64,000 nt of DNA from Octopus vulgaris (taxonomy: Eukaryota), in assembly GCA_951406725.2 (NCBI GenBank), contig OX597822.1, positions 73,346,001 to 73,410,000 of the forward strand, read 5' to 3'. Below are positions 55,150-64,000 of the stretch, piece by piece (the stretch's first letter is position 1; every line of letters begins with the position of its first letter). The notes under the pieces were generated by a model. The model did not search any database. It saw nothing but the letters and a program-made list of their open reading frames with translations, and was not told the origin of the DNA. Position numbers and translations under genes: made by a program.

Positions 55150-56460
55150 AGTCTTCAACGTCTCCTCGGGGCATAAATTATATTTAACACTCACTCCATT
55201 ATACAGTAGAGCACTACTTGTTATAGACCATTAAATATAGTATCAAATATCATTCTCTTTCAGGCTCGAAATAAACTTATTTAATTACGTGAAGTTCTAT
55301 TTCCTTCTGTATTTAAATGAAGCCTTGTGATTGTATATCATAGATTTAAATTTTGTTGCGCAAGTATCTATATAATAATAAATTTTTCTCATGTCCTTAC
55401 CGAGCGTTTATAAATTATACGTATTCTTAGACATTGGTTATTCAGTGGGCTGTCTAAACGGTTTCTAAAATTACACAATCCGCTAAGTTCGAATTAGCGT
55501 TCGAGAGATTCATATTCCTCCTATTATCTATATGTTGCTAAAAACATTCCCCGTACCATAGCAGGATACGTTTGACATGCAATTTTTTCCTTAACTCAGC
55601 TAGATATCCCTGATTCATTACATTTGATGCAAGAATGTTTCTTATAACTATTATAATATGGGCTGTCTAATTCTTTTGCTTCAAAGTATCTCAATTCTCT
55701 AACATTATTCGCTGCTACAATCTCAGCTAAGTTATACGTAACAGCGTATGCAAATTCAACAGTATGTCGGTTAATTCGTTTGATAGGGGAAATGTTTGTC
55801 CATAGCCATGAAAATTTACCTGATGTCTTTGTGGTTATCTGAGCCCCAAATGAAGCATTATACTGGGTAACCATTTCTTATGTGCTCTCTGTTTTCTAGG
55901 ATTGAGATTAAATTTATATTATTACGTCCATTGCTTTATATAAAGTCACTAACAGGGTTGCGAATAGAAGCACACCCAACCTCTGAGTCAAAAACTTTTT
56001 ATTATTTCTATTTCTACGACTACAAGAAACCGTAGGCGGCCCAGTGACTAGAATGTTCTGATTAATCCTGGGTTTGTTCTTAGATTTTGCACAACTACAT
56101 ACACTATTCTTTCCGCTAGTTAGACTTTATCATTACCTAGTGTCCTTACTATACTGCATATCCTATTACTTATAATTTTCATCTAACTATGGAATCCATT
56201 ACCGTATAATTTAGTATCTTTATTTCTCTTGTTACTATATTTGCCATTATTAGTCCTCTGTCATCTTAATATCCTCATCAAGAATATATATTGAATTTTC
56301 GCTGTATAACCAGCGCTAGCTAAAGCCACATTATAGTATGTTGCATTCCGACTAAATATTTTCTCATCAGCCGAATGTCTGGAAATTGTACGGGAAATGC
56401 CTGTAACTATCGAGCTGATAATGGTTTCTGGGTGATGTAATTTCTTACTCAAGTTATTGG
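55150..56460 (-). mobile_element. Decayed Penelope-like element (RT C-terminus, linker, GIY-YIG endonuclease)
   Basis: HHPETIISSIVTGISRTISRHSADEKIF...YYNVALASAGY; LCNFRNRLDSPLNNQCLRIRIIYK...YYIDTCATKFKSMIYNHKASF. Confidence 0.82.
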
Positions 56461-56579
56461 AGCTTCTTACTGAGTTTGTGTTACGGTTGAGAGAATAAGG
56501 TACGAAGGTCTAAATGTAGATTCACTCTCTATTTCGTATCTTATCAAAATTAACTATTGCTTAACCATTTTCTCACACC

Positions 56580-56627
56580 GTCTCCGATGAAGGGATATAA
56601 TAAATATCCTGGAAACAGCTGTAAAAC
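56580..56627 (+). ncRNA. Minimal hammerhead motif, U4C core (same family as 38253)
   Basis: GTCT-CCGATGA-A-GGGATAT..ATATCCT-G-GAAA-CAGCTG-TA-AAAC. Confidence 0.65.
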
Positions 56628-56812
56628 CTTCTATTTATAAATTTCTAAAATGTTCACAGCCTTGGGTTATTTATCTCATTCTGAAAAAAAATTTTTTATA
56701 CATACACACGCTGATATATGACCTACGTTGGACTCCTTATTCGCAAACCTATCCATAGCACTTACTCATCATTACCTGACACCTTTGGGTTTTACTGACA
56801 CCATTATCTCTC

Positions 56813-56874
<62 letters not shown>

Positions 56875-56876
<2 letters not shown>

Positions 56877-57025
56877 CGACGGGCTTTCAGTTTCCGTCAG
56901 ACAAACTCACAATGCTTTGGTCGGCCCGAGGCTATAGTAGAAGGCACTTGCCGATGGGGCAACTCAGTGGTACTGAACCCGGAACCATGTGGTTGGGAAG
57001 CAAGCTTCTTACCACACAGCCACAT
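56875..57025 (-). mobile_element. SINE family A 5' half
   Basis: Reverse complement of head and body. Confidence 0.8.
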
Positions 57026-57113
57026 CGTATATATATATTGAGACTGTCATTTTTTTACCGAATATATATATATACATATATACATACATACATACATACA
57101 TATATACATACAT

Positions 57114-57144
<31 letters not shown>

Positions 57145-57175
57145 ATTGTGAAGCATGACTGTCAACACTACTACA

Positions 57176-57220
57176 TGAACCCGAAGATTGCAGAATTCAA
57201 TGCATGAAAGTACTAGTTCA
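57176..57220 (+). ncRNA. Minimal hammerhead motif, U4C core, second family
   Basis: TGAAC-CCGAAGA-T-TGCA-gaattcaa-TGCA-T-GAAA-GTAC-TA-GTTCA; perfect 5-bp stem I, 4-bp stem II, palindromic AGTACT stem III. Confidence 0.72.
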
Positions 57221-57345
57221 ATCAGAATGAATATTTAACATTCTACTATTTCATTTTATTTTATTCAATTATAATATATTATCTTATAATATATCATTAT
57301 AAGATTGTAAATAAAACGTGAAAATCAGACAAGGTTGGAATTCTT

Positions 57346-57401
<56 letters not shown>

Positions 57402-57436
57402 TCGAAGTATTATATTACAGCCGATATATATATATG

Positions 57437-57486
<50 letters not shown>

Positions 57487-57959
57487 TACATATATTTATG
57501 TGTTTATCTGCGTGTGTGTGTGTGTGTGTAAGTGCATGTACGTATATATGTATGAATGTATATTTAAAAGCTTTTGTAAAAATCACTTGAGAGAGCTACA
57601 GTATTTAAAGTATGTTTTTTTAACGTTATTAGCAATTTGCAAAAATAAGTTATAAGAACGGAAAGTCGCCAACTTTTGGGGAATAAGCTTTTAAATACTG
57701 CGTATTTTATGTGTGAGCGCTTTCGTTGCTCATCATTTCAAGCACACGTGTTTAGTGCTAATGCTATAGAGGAAGTTATATTTAGCATTTTTGCTGGCTA
57801 TTTCAGGTGTAGACTTTAAATTATTATTCTTTTACCTGTCATAGTTGATGTTTATATCTTTTATTTTGTATAAGGGGAATATTTTAAATTTTCCATTTGC
57901 ACAGATGTTTAGATGTTCACAACATAGAATATTTTAAGGGATGTATCTTTAATTTTCCA

Positions 57960-58850
57960 TTTGTGCAAATCAAAGAAAATTAATAATTAAATAAAATGAA
58001 ACTGTTAGAACCGATCTCTACTCCAGGACACAGACACACATCGATATTTATATTTTAGGTCTTGCCACCCTTTCAAACAAAAGCGAACATATTCAATATG
58101 GCAAGAGGTATATGTGCAGAAGATAGAAACGCAAATGAATGGCAGAAACGACAGGTAGAACTAAAAACGTTCCTTCAAAAACAGGAATACTCCAAGTATC
58201 TAATAAATTATGCCATAACCAAAGCAAAAGAAATCCCGATTTCTTCCTGAGGATGAAAGCGAAAATACAAATATAAATATTCCATTTGTAGTTACCCATA
58301 ATCCTAGGAACAGCATTCTGCATTCAACCAAATGATACTTCTCAATTCTACATCAATCATCGAATCTCTGAAAAGTAAGTAATGTTACAAATCATCAAGA
58401 ACCGAAGGTAACCTCCAAATCTCAAGGCGAGATTCACATCAGATAAAGAAATAATGGAGGTAACAAACTGTGAAGACTCTCCTTATGAAACATGTGAATT
58501 ATATGTATAACGAACAACCAAAAGATTCAAGAATGGGAAAGAAGTGAAAGTAAATGCAAACATGAATTGCAAAACAAACAAAAATCTCATCTGCTACGTC
58601 ACGTGACCTCAATGCCACGAAAATTACTTTGAGAAAACAGGAATAAAACTAACCGGTCTTGTGAACGTGTATAAACAGCAAGTTAAATATTCTTCTTTTA
58701 GAAACGTTTCATTAAGTAAACATCAAGACATTTGTGCAAATGGAAAATTTTAAATATTCCTCTTTTATAAAGACGAAAATGATCAACTACGAAAAACAAA
58801 AGAAGAATAATTTATAAGAAGTTTAAACCCGAAACTATACCGATAATAGT
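57960..58850 (+). mobile_element. Decayed Penelope-like element (RT C-terminus plus GIY-YIG)
   Basis: TDLYS..DTHRYLYFRSCHP; FNMARGIC; LKTFLQKQEYSKYLINYAITKAKEIP; IPFVVTHNPR; MNCKT..NLICYVT.PQCHENYFEKTG. Confidence 0.82.
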
Positions 58851-58959
58851 CAACATCATTACTAAAAATAACTTCCTCCATACGAATTAGCCCAGAACAA
58901 AGATGGATTTCCATCTCTGAACTTTTCTGCTTTAATATCTGAAAATGTAAGATCTTCTC

Positions 58960-59082
58960 TATTCTGATGACGGAGGCTCGTCTTATCCCATGTTAATTGT
59001 ATCCATACGGCTGCATATTGTGATGAACTACGTCAACAAACACTATTTTTGATCGCCGATCCCCCGAAACAGTTGTTGGACT
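58960..59082 (+). ncRNA. Degenerate hammerhead-like motif at the Penelope 3' end, long stem II insert
   Basis: CTGATGA-CGGA...(about 85 nt)...CCCC-GAAA-CAGTTG-TT-GGAC; stem I weak. Confidence 0.45.
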
Positions 59083-59158
59083 TATAATATATAAATATAA
59101 TATAAATAATATATATATGAATATATACATATGTATATGTACATACATACATCTAAAC

Positions 59159-59209
<51 letters not shown>

Positions 59210-59637
59210 TTTATATACAAACATATATATATATATGTATATATATATATATCCATATGTGGGCACAGGACGTCATGAAACATGTACAACAAAAAATATG
59301 AAGTACGGATACATGGAATATGAGCTATTTTTTCGAACTACGAAAGACGCAAATGGAAAACAAGACAAACAACATAAAGAACGACCCTTCATCAGTTGTT
59401 GGCTGTTTTTCTACTCTCGTATTTCGAGCATTTAACAACAACATACGCTTTCGATAAAACAGTTGCTCCCGCAAAGCAAATTAAATAAAATTTGGGATTT
59501 TGCGGATAGTCAAAATTGGTAACACAAACAAGACAATGAAAACAAACAGGAAGGTCTGCTAACCCTAGACGAGGTTGTGGTGGCGAACGCGTAAATCACG
59601 CATGGACAGGAGACAGACAAGAACACGTCACGTCCTC

Positions 59638-59678
<41 letters not shown>

Positions 59679-59759
59679 CGTACCAGCCCATGATACTCTG
59701 TTGTGAGATCGAATCCCAACCCTTGGAGAATCAATCATTTTTAGTCGAATGCAGGCATA

Positions 59760-60385
59760 GTAATCACCTGGATCACTTGGATCGGCCTGGCTGTCTGGTG
59801 CCGAGTCGGCTCTGCTGGCCTCAGTATTCGGTTCATTCCCTCATGCCCCCGCCATTCTCTTCCACGTTGTTCCAAACATTTTTCTTAAATCATCTTCTCA
59901 CCTGATTGGGGGTCTTCCGAGTGGTCTCTTCCACTTGCATGGGTACCACTCAACAACTGCACAGGCCCACCGATTGTCCATGAACCTTTCGACATGACCG
60001 ACCCAGCGTAGCTTTGCGTAGTGGTATTTTACGACGGGGTCCTTCACTCCATTTCTATTCCTGATCCCTTCGTTCCGGATGTGATCTCTGAGATTCCCAT
60101 CATCGACCTTTCCATGGCTCTCTGCGCCGTAAGAAGATGTTGTTCTTCTCTCTTCACCAAGGCCCAAGTCTCACTTGCGTATAGCCTTGCAGGCAAGACT
60201 GTGCTACTGAAGATATTGGCACGACTTACCTTGTATAGGCTCGCATTCAGCACATTCTTCATCGAGTTGAACACTCTCCATCCTGCTCTTACCCTTCACA
60301 ATATCTCATGCTCCATCTCTCGCCTCATAGTCACTTCTTGATCGAGATGCACATAGCTGCTCACCTCTTTCATTTCTTCACCTAG
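59760..60385 (-). mobile_element. RTE-clade LINE 3' fragment
   Basis: VLPARLYASETWAL...AQRAMERSMMGIS; KLRWVGHVERFMDNRWACAVVEWYP..KRPLGRPPIR. Confidence 0.9.
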
Positions 60386-60444
60386 ATACTTAAGAAATCT
60401 AGCTTTGGATGAAACAACGTAAAGCGAAACATCTTTTTGTCATT

Positions 60445-60574
60445 TACTTATTCCATCGGCCTATTTTGCCGATCCGCTAATTTACGATGAATTAGATAAA
60501 CGAACACCGGTTGTCTGGTGATGGTGAGATAGTGACAACCACAGACCAATAGACAGACAGAAGGATAGATAGAA

Positions 60575-60607
<33 letters not shown>

Positions 60608-60654
60608 TACATACAGACAGACAGACAGACAGACAGACAGATAGACAGATAGAC

Positions 60655-60729
<75 letters not shown>

Positions 60730-60865
60730 AACTAGGCACTTCCTCAGATACTCCATCGACCAAATTCACTCACAAGCTGTAGTAGAAGACTCTTAGCCTA
60801 AGTGCCGCAGAATGAGACTGAACCCGACACCACTTAGTAACAAAGCGAGATTCTTAACCACACAT
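60445..60865 (-). mobile_element. Old SINE family A copy with an internal (GATA/GACA)n expansion
   Basis: Reverse-complement halves flank the microsatellite. Confidence 0.65.
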
Positions 60866-60944
60866 CATTATTTATTCATATTTCACTGATCAAATTACAA
60901 AAGAAAGGAAAAATTAAAGTAAAATCCAGTCTAATTGAGTACAT

Positions 60945-61123
60945 AATCCTTTCTAGTAAAGGCACAAGCTTTGCGGGGGTGGCTACTAGTCGATTACATC
61001 GACCCCGAAAGGATGAAAGGTAAAGTCGACCTCAGCGGAATTTGAACTCAGAACGTAACGGCAGACGAAATACCGCTGAGCATTTCGCCCAGCGCGCTAA
61101 CGTTTCTGCCAGCTCGCCGCCTT
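60945..61123 (-). mobile_element. SINE family B, tail variant 2
   Basis: Reverse complement of head, core and tail 2. Confidence 0.88.
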
Positions 61124-61269
61124 TAAGTGCGTATATAATATATTGGGGAGTTTTATTTTCCTACTATTTTAGGTGACGTTATAAAAAAAGCGACGTTACA
61201 CGAAAGATCTTTAACGAGAAGTATCTAAATCTGCTTGTAAGCATATATGCATAAATTTGTGCATGCATA

Positions 61270-61676
61270 TACTCTTTTACTCTTTTACTCTTTTTCTTGT
61301 TTCAGTCATTTGACTGCGGCCATGCTGGAGCACCGCCTTTAATCGAGCAACTCGACCCCGGGACTTATTCTTTTTGTAAGCCCAGTACTTATTCTATCGG
61401 TCTCTTTTGCCGAACCGCTAAGTAACGGGGACATAAACTCACCAGCATCGGCTGTCAAGCAATGCTAGGGGGACAAACACATACACGCATATATATATAT
61501 ATACATATATACGACGGGCTTCTTTCAGTTTCCGTCTACCGAATCCACTCACAAGGCTTTGGTCGGCCCGGGGCTATAGTAGAAAACACTTGCCCAAGGT
61601 GCCACGCAGTGGGACTGAACCCGGAACCATGTGGTTGGTAAACAAGCTACTTACCACACAGCCACTCCTGTGCCTA
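61270..61676 (-). mobile_element. SINE family A, young copy
   Basis: Near-consensus reverse-complement copy. Confidence 0.92.
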
Positions 61677-61895
61677 TATATATATATATATGTATGTATA
61701 TATAACTGCATAGATATATAGGCCACTAAAAGTACATACATACACGTATTCATACATGCAGATATACATACCTGCATACAGAAGGATAACTTAATTGTTG
61801 CTCTCTACATAAGCACATATATGCACATATGCATTGTAATGATATTGTGTCTTAATACCAAAATTTATAGGTAATTTAATATTACATGTACACGT

Positions 61896-62712
61896 AAGGC
61901 AGCGAGATGGCAGAAACGTTAGCACGCTGGGCGAAATGCGTCGCCGTATTTCGTCTGCCGCTACGTTCTGAGTTCAAATTCCGCCGAGGTCGACTTTGCC
62001 TTTCATCCTTTCGAGGTCGATAAATTAAGTACCAGTTACGCACTAGGGTCGATGTAATCGACTTAATCCGTTTGTCTGTCCTTGTCTGTCCCTTCTGCGT
62101 TTAACCCCTTCTGGGTAGTAAAGAAATAAGTATTTCGTCTGCCGCTACGTTCTGAGTTCAAATTCCGCCGAGGTCGACTTTGCCTTTCATCCTTTCGGGG
62201 TCGATTAAATAAGTACCAGTTACGCACTGGGGTCGATGTAATCGACTTAATCCGTTTGTCTGTCCTTGTTTGTACCCTCTATGTTTAGTCCCTTGTGGCC
62301 AATAAAGAAATAAGAAATGCTTAGCAGTATTTCGTCTGTCTTTACGTTCTGAGTTCAAATTTCGCCGCGGTCGACTTTGCTTTTCATCATTTCGGGGCCG
62401 ATAAATTAAGTACCAGTTAAACACAGGGGTCGATGTAATCGACTCATCCTTCCCACCAAATTTCTGCCCTTGTGGAAAAATTTGAAACTATTACATGTAC
62501 ATGTAAGGCGGCGAGCTGGCAGAAATGCTTAGCAGTATTTCGTCTGTCTTTACATTCTGAGTTCAAATTTCGCTGAGGTCGACTTTACCTTTTATCCTTC
62601 TAGAGGTCGTTAAATTATCCTTCCAGAGGTCGTTGCGTACTGGGGTCGATCTAATCGACTGCCCCCTCCCCCAAAAATTTGCGGGCCTTATGCCTAGAGT
62701 AGAAAAGAATAT
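61896..62712 (+). mobile_element. SINE family B array (trimer plus a monomer)
   Basis: Units at about 61896, 62130, 62314 and 62504; tattacatgtaca flanks the trimer (about 61879 and 62489). Confidence 0.9.
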
Positions 62713-62752
62713 TATATGTACGCATACATTATATGTGCTTATTAATCATGAC

Positions 62753-63055
62753 GTGGAAGCGCATTGACCTAGTGGTTAGGACAGTGGACACGCGGTCGGA
62801 GGATCGCGGTTTCGATTTCCAGACCGGGCGTTGTATGTGTTTATTGAGCAAAACCACCTAAAAGCTCCACGAGGCTTCGGCAGGGGATGGTGGTGACCCC
62901 TGTTGTACTCTTTCGCCACAATTTTCTCTCACTCCCTCTTCCTGTTTCTTGAGTAACACTGCGATGGAATGACGTCCCGTCCAGCTGGGGGGAACACATA
63001 CACCACAGAAACCGGGAAACCGGTCCCATGAGCCTGGGTAGGCTTGAAAAGGGCG
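62753..63055 (+). mobile_element. SINE family C head and body with a different 3' tail
   Basis: Matches family C to ctcttcctgtttct, then gagtaacactgcgatgg..ccacagaaaccgggaaaccgg. Confidence 0.8.
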
Positions 63056-63361
63056 ACGTTTTACGTTTATTAATTATGACATAGAATTCTTATCTTTACA
63101 TTCTATTCTTTAGTTATCCAGTTGCCATCCCCAATAATTGTACACAGAAATATCCAGTTGTAGGTTATTTTTCTATATAGATTTCTAATTATCATAATGT
63201 AGAATTCTTATGTTTATTATTTATTTTATTGAACGCTTGTTGGATGTTGCTGAAAAGAGCTCAATGTGGATATGGACGAAAAGGAATGACCAATGGATCT
63301 AGTTACGGATTCCATTGGTTATTCACAAGAATAGAAGGGAGAAGAAAACTGGTTACTTCGT

Positions 63362-63612
63362 CAGTCAGAGTGGACTGGTAGGCTAAAGCACAGACTTGGG
63401 AACAAAAGAACGATCCAGGTTCAAATCCTGCTGGAAACAGGATTTTGGAAAGCAGCAGGAGAATACTTAGGAGTTATGACACTACATGCGCCCGGCTCCC
63501 GTAGAGTGTCAGGTATACGGGCCGAAAAGTCCTGTCGGTAGGGGTTATTCCTTTGAAGATCCCTCCTGCTGTGCGATCGCCGTGTGGCGAATTTCTATTA
63601 TTTATTTATTAT
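63362..63612 (+). mobile_element. Putative tRNA-derived SINE, single copy in window
   Basis: A-box-like gtggactggtagg, B box ggttcaaatcc, GC-rich body, (TTTA)-like tail. Confidence 0.55.
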
Positions 63613-64000
63613 TAGATTTATTTTTATTTCTTCATCCATAACGTCAGCTATCGTAGAATGACTTTTCTTAGATATGGTCATCTTTTATTTTTGTTTCTAT
63701 AAAGCATTCCCGTTATCTAATGACGTCAATATTAGTTAAATGAAGGAATGTCTTTGGTTGAATTGAATTTAGTCGTTCTTTTTGTTAACGTTTATAAACT
63801 GGTAATTTTTCAGCTGTTCAGTTGGAATTTCACTAATTTTTGAAAGCCTTGATAATGTTGTATTAAAATTTTCGAGAATATTAATCTTAATTTTAATTAT
63901 ATTTCATATCACCCGGGGTACTGATAAATACTGACAGTGCCCCAGCATGGCTACAGATTTACGGTTGAAACACATACCAGAAGAGCATAACAGAATATAT

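Noticed and set aside
59320-59460. CTGATGA on the minus strand as a hammerhead
   Set aside because: No stem II partner followed by GAAA and a palindromic stem III could be found

Overview
Very repeat-rich eukaryotic DNA, most likely octopus. This is inferred from the density of TA/TG/TATG/GATA microsatellites and from tRNA-derived SINE families resembling the octopus OR1/OR2/OK SINEs; no database check was run. I see no supportable host protein-coding exon, so the window is probably intergenic or intronic, and nearly all supplied ORFs are microsatellite or SINE artefacts. Contents: more than 40 SINE copies from about 5 families; decayed LINE fragments (CR1/L2-group, Tx1/L1-clade, RTE, and an RLE/HERO-like end); three decayed Penelope-like elements (RT and GIY-YIG motifs); an internally deleted mariner; a non-autonomous Helitron; small MITEs; and many fold-back inverted repeats. 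Main observations: (1) about 10 minimal hammerhead-ribozyme motifs with palindromic stem III and varied cores (canonical, U4C, G3:C8, U3:A8, A6U), in short Penelope-type terminal repeats usually bordered by (TA)n; (2) a Tx1-like LINE found twice inside (GATA)n arrays; (3) two SINE families that share a central hairpin module but whose 3' tails match two different LINEs present in this window (CR1/L2-like and Tx1-like); (4) a roughly 520-bp near-perfect fold-back inside a Penelope RT. Coordinates of degenerate repeats are approximate.
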